In this document: positions 1-11,897 of the stretch, in pieces
Layout of the letters: every line of letters begins with the position of its first letter
Position numbering within the stretch: position 1 is the first letter of the stretch
Assembly: GCA_965199715.1 (NCBI GenBank)
Contig: OZ241322.1
Location: 1,472,001-1,536,000, forward strand
From: Vicinamibacteria bacterium
Lineage (GTDB): Bacteria; Acidobacteriota; Vicinamibacteria; Marinacidobacterales; Marinacidobacteraceae
DNA length: 64,000 nt
Direction: 5' to 3'
Translations under genes and position numbers: made by a program
The notes under the pieces: generated by a model
What the model was told of the DNA's origin: nothing
Seen by the model: the letters and a program-made list of their open reading frames with translations, nothing else
The model's database searches: none

Positions 1-422
1 CGAAGGTGCCGCATCAGGTAGAAGAGGGACACGAACTCGAGTGCGATTCCGGCGCCCAGGAGCGCCTTGGTCGGCGGCTCGAAGGGCTTCCGGCTGCCGT
101 CGGGCTCGTAGCACTTGGAGAACTTGGCGGCCTCGGTGGCGTTCTTCGTCGGCCCCTCGACCACGTTGCGGCACGGCAGCCAGCGCCAGAGCGCCGCTCC
201 GGCGAACGCCATCGCGCCGCTGAGCCCGTAGGCGATGGCGCTGCGCCGGTCGTCGTCGTCGCGGATCAGGCCGGTCGTGATGTCGCTCGTGTTCTGCGCC
301 CGGAACGCGCCGCTGCGGGCCGCCGCCTCCGCCGCCTCCCGCAGCGAGGGCCCCGAAGCGGCGACCGGTGCGGGGAGGAAGCTCCCGACGAGCGCCGCCG
401 CCAGAAACCGCTTCCCGAACAT
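1..422 (-). CDS. hypothetical exported/membrane protein (3' end runs off the window)
   Basis: Read by hand, not in the ORF track: ATG at 422 overlaps the upstream TGA; MFGKRFLAAALVGSFLPAPVAAS signal-like N-terminus, two hydrophobic segments, frame open to position 1. Confidence 0.6.
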   Translation of the reverse strand, partial: MFGKRFLAAALVGSFLPAPVAASGPSLREAAEAAARSGAFRAQNTSDITTGLIRDDDDRRSAIAYGLSGAMAFAGAALWRWLPCRNVVEGPTKNATEAAKFSKCYEPDGSRKPFEPPTKALLGAGIALEFVSLFYLMRHL

Positions 423-859
423 CAGTTGCGGATCCGGATGTTCACGTTGCCGGCGATCACCGTCTCGCCGTTGCGCTGGAGCCGCAGCCACACTCGATAG
501 GTGCCGGGAAGGCTGAACCGATGGGAATTGCTGAAGAACGTCTCGATGTCGGCCCCGGGTTCATACGGATCGCAGTCGGGCTCGTACACCGACTCGGTGT
601 CGTCGTCCCAGTCCCAGACTTCCTCGAGGCAGTAGTACTCCTCGGGATCCGCCGCGCTGTCCAGCTCCTCCAGCCGGGCGCTCACCCGCACCTCGATGGC
701 CGGACGCCGCGACTCGCCGGGCATGCGCGGACGCAGGCTGAGGTTGCGCGGCGCGCGCAGCGTGAGCTTCGGCTCCATCGCCGCGGCCGCTTCCTCCGAC
801 TCGCCGTGGGCGGCGACCGGGGGAATCAGCAGCAGTAGAAGCAGGCTGACCAAGCGCAC
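422..859 (-). CDS. hypothetical secreted protein, PKD/Ig-like
   Basis: Signal peptide MRLVSLLLLLLIPPVAA; WDWDD...HRFSLPGTYRVWL resembles a PKD motif; TAGAAT box 6 nt upstream of the GTG. Confidence 0.65.
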   Translation of the reverse strand: MRLVSLLLLLLIPPVAAHGESEEAAAAMEPKLTLRAPRNLSLRPRMPGESRRPAIEVRVSARLEELDSAADPEEYYCLEEVWDWDDDTESVYEPDCDPYEPGADIETFFSNSHRFSLPGTYRVWLRLQRNGETVIAGNVNIRIRN

Positions 860-868
860 GCGGGCATT

Positions 869-1288
869 CTAGACCCGCGGCTCTCCCGCCAGCTTGCGGG
901 CGACCTCCAACCGGGTCTCGGCCCGCTTCGCCGCCCGCCGGGCGCGATCCACGTCGTAGGCGGCCCCGAACTCGTCCACCCGCTCCCGGGCGCGGCGCAG
1001 CGCCGACTCGGCCCGGGCGAGATCGATGTCCCCCGACATCTCGGCGGTCTCGGCGAGGACGGTGACCTCGTCGTCCACGACCTCCACGAACCCCCAGTGC
1101 ACCGCGAACGAGAGCTTCTCGTCGCCGCGCTCCACCCGCAGCTCGCCGTCGCCGATCCGGCTCAGGAACGGCGCGTGCCCCGGCAGCACGCCGAAGTAGC
1201 CGAGCGCGCCGGGGGCCTCCACGAAATCCACCTCGTCGCGGTACACGACCCCGCCGGGGGTCACGATCTCGAGCCGGAGCCGGGACAT
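869..1288 (-). CDS. atpC: ATP synthase F1 epsilon subunit
   Basis: LEIVTP...GYFGVLPGHAP...GFVEV...VTVLAETAE; operon position. Confidence 0.97.
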   Translation of the reverse strand: MSRLRLEIVTPGGVVYRDEVDFVEAPGALGYFGVLPGHAPFLSRIGDGELRVERGDEKLSFAVHWGFVEVVDDEVTVLAETAEMSGDIDLARAESALRRARERVDEFGAAYDVDRARRAAKRAETRLEVARKLAGEPRV

Positions 1289-1294
1289 GGCGGG

Positions 1295-3617
<2,323 letters not shown>

Positions 3618-3618
3618 G

Positions 3619-5157
3619 TCAGGCGGGAACCGCTTCGGCCTCGACCGAGGAGGCCCGGAAGTCGTTCTTGAACTCGGCGATGGCGTCCTTCAGGTCAGCC
3701 TTGAGCGCGTCGCCGAGGACCCTTTCGGTGCGAATCCGAGCGAGCAGCCCCGAGTACCGACTGTCGAGGAACTCGTACATGCCCGTCTCGAAGGCTCGGC
3801 ACTCGGCGGGCTCCAGGTCGGCGAGGAAGTCCTCGTTGGCCGCGAAGACGATCGCCACCTGCTTCTCGACGGGCAGCGGCTGGTACTGGTCCTGCTTGAG
3901 CACCTCGGTGAGCCGCTCGCCCCGCGCGAGCTGCGCGCGGGTGGCCGCGTCGAGGTCGGAGCCGAACTGGGCGAATGCGGCCATCTCGCGGTACTGCGCG
4001 AGCTGGAGCCGCATCGCGCCCGCCACGCTGCGCATCGCCTTGATCTGGGCCGAGCCGCCCACCCGGCTGACCGAGTTCCCCACGTTGATAGCGGGACGGA
4101 TGCCCGAGTTGAAGAGGTCGGTCTCAAGGTAGATCTGGCCGTCGGTGATCGAGATCACGTTCGTGGGCACGTAGGCCGAGAGGTCGCCGGCCTGCGTCTC
4201 GATGAACGGGAACGCGGTCAGCGAGCCGCCGCCGCGCGCGTCGGAGAGCTTGCAGGCGCGCTCGAGGAGCCGCGAGTGCAGGTAGAAGACGTCGCCGGGA
4301 TACGCCTCGCGCCCCGGAGGACGGCGCAGCAGCAGCGAGATCTCCCGGTACGCCGCGGCGTGCTTCGAGAGGTCGTCGTAGATGCAAAGCGCGTGGCCGC
4401 CGTTGTCCATGAAGAACTCGCCCATCGCGCAGCCCGAGTACGGCGCGAGGTACTGGAGCGGCGACGGGTCCGACGCGGTCGCCGAGACCACGATGGTGTG
4501 GTCCATCGCGCCGTGCTCCTCGAGGTTCTTGACGACCTGGGCGACGGTGGAGAGCTTCTGGCCGACGGCGACGTAGATGCACACGACGCCGGAGTCCTTC
4601 TGGTTGATGATGGCGTCCACCGCGATCGCGGTCTTGCCGGTCTGGCGGTCGCCGATCACCAGCTCGCGCTGCCCGCGGCCGATCGGGATCATCGTGTCCA
4701 CCGCCTTGACGCCGGTCTGGAGCGGCTCCTTCACCGGCTGACGGGCCACGATGCCGGGGGCGATCCGCTCCACCGGGAAGGCGGCGGAGGACGCGATCGG
4801 TCCCTTGCCGTCGATCGGGCGCCCGAGCGCGTCCACGACCCGCCCGAGGAGCGCGTCCCCGACCGGCACCTCGAGGATGCGCCGGGTGCGCCGCGCCTCG
4901 TCCCCCTCGCGGATCGCGGTGACGTCGCCGAAGAGGACGAGGCCGACCGCGCTCTCCTCGAGGTTCAGCGCGAGGCCGAAGACTTCGTGGGGAAGCTCGA
5001 CCAGCTCGCCGTACATGACCCCCTCGAGGCCGTGCACCCGGGCGATCCCGTCTCCCGACGACACCACCGTGCCCACCTCGGCCACGTCCACGTCGGGCTC
5101 GTGGCCCGCGATCTGCTCTCGCAGCAGCGCCGCGATCTCATCGGCTCGAACTTTCAT
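3619..5157 (-). CDS. atpA: ATP synthase F1 alpha subunit
   Basis: [31 protein letters not shown]. Confidence 0.99.
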   Translation of the reverse strand: MKVRADEIAALLREQIAGHEPDVDVAEVGTVVSSGDGIARVHGLEGVMYGELVELPHEVFGLALNLEESAVGLVLFGDVTAIREGDEARRTRRILEVPVGDALLGRVVDALGRPIDGKGPIASSAAFPVERIAPGIVARQPVKEPLQTGVKAVDTMIPIGRGQRELVIGDRQTGKTAIAVDAIINQKDSGVVCIYVAVGQKLSTVAQVVKNLEEHGAMDHTIVVSATASDPSPLQYLAPYSGCAMGEFFMDNGGHALCIYDDLSKHAAAYREISLLLRRPPGREAYPGDVFYLHSRLLERACKLSDARGGGSLTAFPFIETQAGDLSAYVPTNVISITDGQIYLETDLFNSGIRPAINVGNSVSRVGGSAQIKAMRSVAGAMRLQLAQYREMAAFAQFGSDLDAATRAQLARGERLTEVLKQDQYQPLPVEKQVAIVFAANEDFLADLEPAECRAFETGMYEFLDSRYSGLLARIRTERVLGDALKADLKDAIAEFKNDFRASSVEAEAVPA

Positions 5158-5732
5158 GATTCTCCTGATTCCTGCGCCCGGCGCGCGTGCGGTTGGCCGG
5201 CGCGTTCCTCGAATCGCGCGAGCTCCCGTTCGAGGCTCGCGTCGTAGATCCGGTTCCCGACCCGCGCGACGAAGCCGCCGAGGATCGTCGGGTCCACTTC
5301 AAGATGGAGTCGGGGGACGATGCCGAGCGCTTCCTGAAGGGCGTCCCGGGCGCGATCCCCCTCCTCGGGGCGCAGCGCCTCCGCCGACGTCAACTGCACG
5401 TCGGTGATCCCCTTGCGGACGTCCACCGCCCGTCGCAACGCGTCGCATGCGTGGGGCACCAGGACTCCCCGCTCCCTCGCGACCATGAGGACCACGGTCC
5501 GGACGAGGCGCGGATTCTCGGTGCAGCGGCGGGCCGCCGCCTGCGCCAACGCGCTGCGCTTCGCCAGGGGGACGCCGCCGCTTGCGAGCGCCCGGCGGAA
5601 GTCCGGGTTCTCGTCGAGCGCCGCGACGAAGTCGGCGAAGTCGGAGACCAGCGCGTCGAGGTCGTCCTCCGCCCCGACCGCGGCGTCGAGCAGCGCGTGG
5701 GCGTACCGCGCCGCGATTCCCGAGTCGGTCAC
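5154..5732 (-). CDS. atpH: ATP synthase delta subunit
   Basis: [31 protein letters not shown]; operon position. Confidence 0.95.
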   Translation of the reverse strand: MTDSGIAARYAHALLDAAVGAEDDLDALVSDFADFVAALDENPDFRRALASGGVPLAKRSALAQAAARRCTENPRLVRTVVLMVARERGVLVPHACDALRRAVDVRKGITDVQLTSAEALRPEEGDRARDALQEALGIVPRLHLEVDPTILGGFVARVGNRIYDASLERELARFEERAGQPHARRAQESGES

Positions 5733-6271
5733 TTGGCGCGGATGGCGTCGAGCCCGGCGTCGAAGAGCCGGTTCCGGTCCTCGTCGGTGATTTCCTTGCG
5801 GATCCGTTCGCGGGCGATCCTCGCCGCCGCCTGCGCGCTGCTGCGGCGCAGCGCGTCCTCGGCCGCCCGGACCCGGGCCTCCAGCTCCCGCTGCGCCTGC
5901 TCGGAGATCTGCGCCGCCTGCGCCTCGGCCTCGGCGACGATGCGCCCGGCCTCCTCGACCGCCGCCTCGCGGATGCGGGCGAGGGTCGCCGCCTCCTCGC
6001 CGCCGAGGCTCGCGGTGCGGGTCTCGGCGCGGCCGCGAAGCTCCGCCGAGTCGCGGGTCCAGTTGGCGACCTGCTCGTTCTGCCGGCGGATCTGCTCGGT
6101 CTTCGCCTGGAGGAAGGCGGCGAGCGGCTTCCGCAGCGCGTACCCGAGGATCGCCGCGAGGATCGTGAAGTTCACGATCTTGGGCACGTCCACGAGCCCT
6201 TCGGCGGCGAACGCGGCGCTTGGGACGAGAAGCGCGGCGAAACCCGCCGCCGCGACGATCCGCCGCTTCAT
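5729..6271 (-). CDS. atpF: ATP synthase F0 subunit b
   Basis: Start MKRRIVAAAGF at 6271 overlaps the upstream stop; KIVNFTILAAILGYALRKPL TM segment followed by coiled coil. Confidence 0.88.
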   Translation of the reverse strand: MKRRIVAAAGFAALLVPSAAFAAEGLVDVPKIVNFTILAAILGYALRKPLAAFLQAKTEQIRRQNEQVANWTRDSAELRGRAETRTASLGGEEAATLARIREAAVEEAGRIVAEAEAQAAQISEQAQRELEARVRAAEDALRRSSAQAAARIARERIRKEITDEDRNRLFDAGLDAIRAK

Positions 6272-6696
6272 CCCGTCCGCCCCAGCAGTCGCGCCATGAG
6301 TTCGTCCCCGAGGCTGCGGGCGGTGCGCTCGAGCGCGGCTTCCGCCTCCCGGACCTGCTCCTGCAGCCTCGCCTGTCCGGCCTCGAGCGTTTGGGCGGCC
6401 TTCTTTCGCGCCAGCGCGAGCGCCTCGCCGGCGCGGTCCGCCGCTTCCCGCCGCTGGGTCTCCATGTCGCGGTAGCCGGCGCGCCGGGCGGCGGCGAGCG
6501 TCTCGTCGCCGATGCGGACCGCGTCCCGCTCGGCGACCTGCGCGGCCCCGAACGCTTCCTCGGCGGAGCGTCGCTCGCGTTCCCGGGCCTCCATCGTCTG
6601 CGCGACCGGCTCCAGCAGCAGCCGCTTCAGGAGCGGCACGAGGCACGCCACGATCCCCACGATGACGAGGGCGGTGAAATCGGGAAACAGGGTCAT
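6268..6696 (-). CDS. ATP synthase F0 subunit b'
   Basis: PDFTALVIVGIV TM segment, LLLEPVAQTMEARE, coiled coil; first gene of the atp operon. Confidence 0.85.
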   Translation of the reverse strand: MTLFPDFTALVIVGIVACLVPLLKRLLLEPVAQTMEARERERRSAEEAFGAAQVAERDAVRIGDETLAAARRAGYRDMETQRREAADRAGEALALARKKAAQTLEAGQARLQEQVREAEAALERTARSLGDELMARLLGRTG

Positions 6697-6828
6697 GGAA
6701 TCCGCTGGGGACCGTGGGACGGCGGGGGCGAGGGGCCGGCCGGATCGGGGTCCGGCCGATGCGGGAGGGGCCTCGGATCGCGCCCGCCGGCGCGGGGATT
6801 GTAAGCCTTCGGCGGCCCTCCGGGACGC

Positions 6829-7665
6829 TCAGGAATCCCTGGCGCCGACGAGGCGCTGGAAGACTCGTTCGAGGTCGTCCTCGCTGTAGAACCGGACCGT
6901 GACGGTGCCGCCCTTCCGCCCGCGGCTCAGCTTCACCGGCAGGCCCATCGCCCGCTCCATCCGATGCTCGGCGTCGCGGCTGTTGGGGTCCAGCTTCCGA
7001 GCCGGCCGGTCCTTCTTGCGTCCGAGCGCCTCCGCCACGAGCCGCTCCGCCTGGCGCACCGAGAGCCCGCGGCGGACGACCTCGCCGGCGAGCCGGATCT
7101 GCGCGTCGGGCGACAGCGGAAGCAGCGCGCGGGCGGCGCCAGCGGCGAGCGTCCCCTTGGCCACGAGATCGGCGACCGGGCGGGCGAGTTCGAGAAGCCG
7201 CAGCGCGTTCGTGACCGCGGCCCGGCTGCGCCCGACCTCGCTCGCGATCTGTTCGTGCGTGCGCCCGGCGGCGGCGAGCGACCGGAAGGCGTTCGCCTCG
7301 TCGAGCGGGTTCAGGTTCTCGCGCTGGAGGTTCTCGACGAGCGCGAGCAGGCCCAGGTCCTCGTCGGAGACCTCGCGGATCACGACCGGCACTCGTTCGA
7401 GGCCGGCCTTGCGGGCGGCCCGCCAGCGGCGCTCCCCGGCGACGATTTCGTAGTTCGGACCCTTCGGGCGGACCACGATGGGCTCCAGCAAGCCCCGGGC
7501 TGCGATCGAGTCCGCGAGCGACGCGAGCTCGTCCGCGTCGAGCGAGGCGCGCGGCTGCGCCGGGTTCGGGGCGAGGCGGTCGGGCGCGATCTCCCGGAAG
7601 GCCTCGCTGCGCGATTCCGCCGGCGGCAGCAGCGCCTCGAGGCCGCGCCCCAGACCGCGCTTCAT
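6829..7665 (-). CDS. parB: chromosome partitioning protein ParB
   Basis: [44 protein letters not shown]. Confidence 0.97.
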   Translation of the reverse strand: MKRGLGRGLEALLPPAESRSEAFREIAPDRLAPNPAQPRASLDADELASLADSIAARGLLEPIVVRPKGPNYEIVAGERRWRAARKAGLERVPVVIREVSDEDLGLLALVENLQRENLNPLDEANAFRSLAAAGRTHEQIASEVGRSRAAVTNALRLLELARPVADLVAKGTLAAGAARALLPLSPDAQIRLAGEVVRRGLSVRQAERLVAEALGRKKDRPARKLDPNSRDAEHRMERAMGLPVKLSRGRKGGTVTVRFYSEDDLERVFQRLVGARDS

Positions 7666-8438
7666 GCGGACAGCAGCTCCCGCGCGAGCTCGCGGTAGGC
7701 GAGCGAACCCGCGGATCGGCCGTCGTGGGCGAGCACCGGGGTCCCGAAGGAGGGAGCCTCGGCGATCCGGACGGAGCGCGGGATCTCCGCCGCGAGCACC
7801 CGGGGGCCGAACCGCTCCCGGACCTCGCGGATCACTTCGTGGGCCAGCCGGGTGCGGCGGTCCACCATGGTGAAGAGGATGCCGCCCACGTCGAGGCCGG
7901 GATTCCAGGCGTCGCGGACCCTGCCCACGGTGTCGAGGACGCGGGCGAGGCCCTGCATCGCGAAGAACTCGCACGGCATCGGGACCAGCACCCGGTCGGC
8001 GGCGACGAGCGCGTTGACGGTGAGGAGACCGAGCGACGGGGGACAGTCCAGCAGGACGAAATCGAAGGCCGGACCGTCCTCCGCGAGCTGCGCCAGCGCC
8101 TCCCGAAGGCGCGAGGCCCGTTTCCCGGGATCGGATTCGTCCTCGGCGAGCGCGAGGTCGGCCGCCGCGAGCGAGGGGTCCGAAGGCGCGACGACGAGGC
8201 CGGGAGTCGCGGTGCGCAGCAGCGTGTTCGCGAGCGGCTCCCGATCGACCAGCGCGTCGTAGGTGCTGAAGCCGTCTTCGGGGAGGCTGGCGCCGAGGCT
8301 CGCGGTCAGGTTTCCCTGCGGGTCCAGATCGACGAGCAGGCAGCGGCGGCCCTGCTCCGCGAGCGACGCGCCGAGGTTCACCGCGGTCGTGGTCTTTCCC
8401 ACCCCGCCCTTCTGGTTGGCGATCGCAAGGACTCTCAT
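7662..8438 (-). CDS. parA: chromosome partitioning ATPase ParA/Soj
   Basis: NQKGGVGKTTT, DLDPQGN, DCPPSLGLLT, AEAPSFG. Confidence 0.97.
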   Translation of the reverse strand: MRVLAIANQKGGVGKTTTAVNLGASLAEQGRRCLLVDLDPQGNLTASLGASLPEDGFSTYDALVDREPLANTLLRTATPGLVVAPSDPSLAAADLALAEDESDPGKRASRLREALAQLAEDGPAFDFVLLDCPPSLGLLTVNALVAADRVLVPMPCEFFAMQGLARVLDTVGRVRDAWNPGLDVGGILFTMVDRRTRLAHEVIREVRERFGPRVLAAEIPRSVRIAEAPSFGTPVLAHDGRSAGSLAYRELARELLSA

Positions 8439-8462
8439 TGCGCCGGTCGGGATTCTAGGAGG

Positions 8463-9074
8463 TCATGTTTCCCGTGAAACATCGCCGATCCAGACGATCC
8501 CCCGCGCCGCGGCGACCGTCCGCTCCCGAAAGAGGCCCTCGGGCAGGTCGGCGCGGCTCCGGCCGGGGGCGCTCGTGGGCCAGACCACCCGCGCCCCGTC
8601 CGGAAGCGCCGCCGCCAGCCCTTCCCATTCGCGCCGCGAGAGGCGCACCGCCCGCAGGGTGACGCCGGCGACGGGCGCCGGATCCCGGAGCCAGCCCTGA
8701 AGGCGCGACCGGACGACCGTCACCCGGTCAGCGATTCCGAGCTTGCGCACGGCGAGCTCGAGGAACGTCGAAGCCGTCCGGCGCGGCTCCAGCAGCGTCC
8801 AGGCGCCTCTCCCGACGGCCGCGAGCGGCAGGGCCGGAGTCCCGCCGCCGCTGCCCACGTCGAGGTACGGGCCGACCGCCGGAAGGTGCGCACGCAGCTC
8901 CAGCGCCTCGCGGAAGTACCCGAGCGCGAGGTCGTCGTCGCCCCGGAACCCGGTCAGCCCGGCGCGCTCCCACTCGCCGAGCAGCCGGAACAGCGTTCCC
9001 AGCCGCGCCGCGTCGGACTCGCCGGGCGGCGGCTCGAGGCCCTCGAGCGCGCGCCCGAGGGCTTCGGGGAGCAT
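8463..9074 (-). CDS. rsmG: 16S rRNA m7G527 methyltransferase RsmG/GidB (divergent)
   Basis: LDVGSGGGTPA SAM motif, TLLEPRR..FL, VTLRAV; position before parA; ATG overlaps the yidC stop. Confidence 0.85.
   Translation of the reverse strand: MLPEALGRALEGLEPPPGESDAARLGTLFRLLGEWERAGLTGFRGDDDLALGYFREALELRAHLPAVGPYLDVGSGGGTPALPLAAVGRGAWTLLEPRRTASTFLELAVRKLGIADRVTVVRSRLQGWLRDPAPVAGVTLRAVRLSRREWEGLAAALPDGARVVWPTSAPGRSRADLPEGLFRERTVAAARGIVWIGDVSRET
8466..8481. promoter_or_regulatory. parS centromere site
   Basis: TGTTTCCCGTGAAACA, one mismatch to the TGTTTCACGTGAAACA consensus, just upstream of parA and inside the rsmG 3' end. Confidence 0.9.
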
Positions 9075-10816
9075 CAGCGCCGGGCTTTCGCCTTCTTCCC
9101 GCGCGGTTTCCTCCCTGCCGGGATCACTTCGACCTGGGCCTCGCGCCGGTCGAGGATCCGGGTCGTGATCGTCTGCTGCCCCATCGAGATGATGTTGTTC
9201 GCGAACCAGTAGAGCACGAGTCCCGCAGGGGCCCACGCGAGGATGATCGTGAACACCAGCGGCATCAGCATCATGATGCGCGCCTGGAGCCCCTCCATCT
9301 GGGTCGTGCTCATCTTCTGCATGATGAGCTGGCTCGCGCCCATGGCGATCGGCAGGATGAAGTACGGATCCTCGCGGGAGAGGTCGGTGACCCAGAAGAG
9401 GAACGGCGCCTGCCGGAGCTCCACCGAGACCACGAGGAGCCGGTAGAACGCGAAGAAGAACGGCATCAACAGGAGCATCGGCAGACAGCCGCCCACCGGC
9501 GAGACCCCGTGCTCCTTGTAGAGCGCCATCATCTCCTTGTTCATCTCGTTCCGCTTGGGATCGGTGGGCTTGAGGTTCTTGTAGCGCTCCTGGATCCGCT
9601 TGACCTGCGGGCTGATCTTCTGCATCCCGCGGATCGAGACGTAGCTGTAGTGCTTCAGCGGCGCGAGCAGAAGGTTGATGAGGATCGTCACCAGCACGAT
9701 CGCCCAGCCGTAGTTGCCGGTGAAGTCGTACGCCCGCAGGATCGCGATCCGGATCGGAACCACGAGGAAGCGCAGCCAGCTCCCGAACTCGACGATGTTC
9801 ATCCCGAGTTCCTCGAGCCGCTCGACCTGCTTCGGGCCCGAGTACAGGGTGAAGCGGGCGGCCCCGTCCGAGCCCAGCCGGGCGACCATCAGCGAGCGGT
9901 TGCCGCTCGCGTCCTCGGGAACGATCCGGAAGCTCGTCCACGGGATCGGCAGCGGATCCACCCGTCCGTCGTAGCGCTGGCCCGGCTCGGCGACGAGCAG
10001 CCCGGCGAAGTAGTGGGACGAGATCCCCACGCCCTGGGCGGCGAGCGAGGCCGCGTCGCCATCCCCGACGTCGCCGAGCGAATACAGGACGCTCTCGCCG
10101 CCGGTCTTCAGGACTCCCTGGTCCGCGCCCACGTAGGTGCCCTCGGGAGGCTCCTCGCCCACGCTGGGGCCGTAGAGCACTTCCTTCGGGACTTCCGCCC
10201 CGCCGCGCTGCACCGAGATCACGGCCGGAATCCGGTAGTCGCCGCCGACGACCTCAAGCGTCTTCACGACGTCCAGCCCGTCGGCCCCCACCCACTCGAA
10301 GCGGATTTCCCGGCGTTCGCCCGCGCCGAGGTCGATCTCGACCGGACCCGAGCGCAGCGCGCCGTCCACGTACACCTCGTGGAAGGACCGGGAGAGCCGC
10401 GCCGGGTCGCGCTCCGACGGCAGGATCACGTCCAGCGGACGCACCTCGAGCACCCGCTCGTCGCCGAGCGGCAGCACTTCGTAGGGCGCGCCGGTGGAGT
10501 CGCGGTGCTCCATCAGCGTGAACCGCCTCAGCCGGGCGCCCCGGTTCGTGAACTCGGCGTCGTAGAGCCCGGAACGGACGCGCACGACCTGTTCGCCGGA
10601 AGCGGACCGGGGCTCCACGCCCGGCGCCGGCGCGACCTCCTCGACGGGCGGCGGTTCAACGACGCCGGGCGGCGGCTCGGCGACCGACGCGACCGCTTCG
10701 GGCGGAGGCGGCGGCGCGGTCTCCGGCTCCTCCTGCGGTCCGAAGAACCGCACGAAGAGCAGGAAGACCCCGAAGGAAAGCAGGAAGGCGAGGACGACGC
10801 GGCGCTCCATCGTCAC
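9074..10816 (-). CDS. yidC: membrane protein insertase YidC
   Basis: N-terminal TM, periplasmic domain, [26 protein letters not shown]. Confidence 0.97.
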   Translation of the reverse strand: MTMERRVVLAFLLSFGVFLLFVRFFGPQEEPETAPPPPPEAVASVAEPPPGVVEPPPVEEVAPAPGVEPRSASGEQVVRVRSGLYDAEFTNRGARLRRFTLMEHRDSTGAPYEVLPLGDERVLEVRPLDVILPSERDPARLSRSFHEVYVDGALRSGPVEIDLGAGERREIRFEWVGADGLDVVKTLEVVGGDYRIPAVISVQRGGAEVPKEVLYGPSVGEEPPEGTYVGADQGVLKTGGESVLYSLGDVGDGDAASLAAQGVGISSHYFAGLLVAEPGQRYDGRVDPLPIPWTSFRIVPEDASGNRSLMVARLGSDGAARFTLYSGPKQVERLEELGMNIVEFGSWLRFLVVPIRIAILRAYDFTGNYGWAIVLVTILINLLLAPLKHYSYVSIRGMQKISPQVKRIQERYKNLKPTDPKRNEMNKEMMALYKEHGVSPVGGCLPMLLLMPFFFAFYRLLVVSVELRQAPFLFWVTDLSREDPYFILPIAMGASQLIMQKMSTTQMEGLQARIMMLMPLVFTIILAWAPAGLVLYWFANNIISMGQQTITTRILDRREAQVEVIPAGRKPRGKKAKARR

Positions 10817-11049
10817 TTTCCCTGCGGCAGCGGCGCCGGGTCATGGCCCGAGCCGCCGAACGGACGGCAGCGCAGCAGGCGCCGCGCCGTGAGGAGCGAG
10901 CCCCGCAGCGCGCCGTGCATCTCGAGGGCGTCCAGCGCGTACCGGGAGCACGACGGGGTGAACCGGCACACGCCGGAGAAGAACCAGGCCCCAACCGTCA
11001 CCTGGTACGCCCGGATCGCCCCCATGAGCGCCCTCGCGGGGACGCTCAC
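10813..11049 (-). CDS. yidD: membrane protein insertion efficiency factor YidD
   Basis: [11 protein letters not shown]...[23 protein letters not shown]; GTG overlaps the rnpA stop. Confidence 0.93.
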   Translation of the reverse strand: MSVPARALMGAIRAYQVTVGAWFFSGVCRFTPSCSRYALDALEMHGALRGSLLTARRLLRCRPFGGSGHDPAPLPQGK

Positions 11050-11390
11050 CGCTGGGCCCGGCGCAGCGCCCGGTGGAAGGAGCGCCGGAGGTCCGCCCAC
11101 GTAGCGGTCCCGCTCCCCGGGCGCGCCAGCAGGACGAGATCGCCCTTGGGCCTGGGCGCGGCGCGGCGCCACAGTTCCCGCAGCCGCCTCCGGGTGCGGT
11201 TCCGGACGACGGAGTTCCCCACCTTCCGGCTGGCGACGATCCCGAGGCGGCCCGACTCGTCGGCTGCGGATTCCTCGATGAGAAACGCTACGACAAAATG
11301 CGACATCCCACGCCGGCCGCGGCCCATCGTCGTCCGGAACTCGGCAGCCCGCCGGAGCCTCGCCCGTGGCGGGAAGGCCTCCGCGGGCAC
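11046..11390 (-). CDS. rnpA: ribonuclease P protein component
   Basis: [25 protein letters not shown] (RNR motif); start is either GTG 11390 or CTG 11408. Confidence 0.93.
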   Translation of the reverse strand: MPAEAFPPRARLRRAAEFRTTMGRGRRGMSHFVVAFLIEESAADESGRLGIVASRKVGNSVVRNRTRRRLRELWRRAAPRPKGDLVLLARPGSGTATWADLRRSFHRALRRAQR

Positions 11391-11404
11391 CTCCGGGGCG
11401 CCGG

Positions 11405-11551
11405 TCAGCGGGATGCCGCCGGAGCGAGGCGACGACGACCCCGACGACGGCGCCGGGCGATCACCGCGCGCCCTCCCGGGGTGCGCATCCTGACCCGGAA
11501 TCCGTGCGTTTTCTTCCGCTTGCGCCGGTTCGGTTGGTAGGTTCGCTTCAC
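11405..11551 (-). CDS. rpmH: 50S ribosomal protein L34
   Basis: [24 protein letters not shown]; AGGAGA Shine-Dalgarno upstream of the GTG. Confidence 0.97.
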   Translation of the reverse strand: MKRTYQPNRRKRKKTHGFRVRMRTPGGRAVIARRRRRGRRRLAPAASR

Positions 11552-11630
11552 GACGAGATCTCCTGATTCCGATCCGCGGCCCAGGCGGCCACCGGCCCAT
11601 CCCCGAAACCACCCGCAAACCGGTCTGGGG

Positions 11631-11659
11631 AGGGTACCAACAACGGCGGGCGCGGTCAA
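11631..11659 (-). promoter_or_regulatory. sigma70-type promoter of the rpmH operon
   Basis: TTGACC-17 nt-TACCCT on the minus strand, with an AT-richer UP-like tract upstream. Confidence 0.6.
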
Positions 11660-11897
11660 CAATTTTCCCTCGATTCGCACAAAGCCGTGCTCCTCTCATG
11701 TAGTTGCCATCGGCTCCCAGGGCGGGTTCCACCCGCTCACGCCTCAAGGAATCCAGGGACGCAAGGCGGGCGAAACGAGCCGCCCGCGGCCCTTTTTCTC
11801 GATCGGCGCGACTTCCGAGAACCATCGGAAACCGCCGCCGGGACGCCCTTCGACACGGCCCGGCGGGCCCCGAACCGCTGCTAGTTTCCGCCGCTCG

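Noticed and set aside
5729-6696. atp operon lacking atpB/atpE and containing two b subunits
   Set aside because: A split operon after parAB is a known arrangement in several phyla
11750-11790. GGGACGCAA / CGAAAC motifs resembling a c-di-GMP-I riboswitch, SRP RNA or hammerhead ribozyme
   Set aside because: The other required elements (GNRA/receptor pair, AGCAG loop, CUGANGA) are absent
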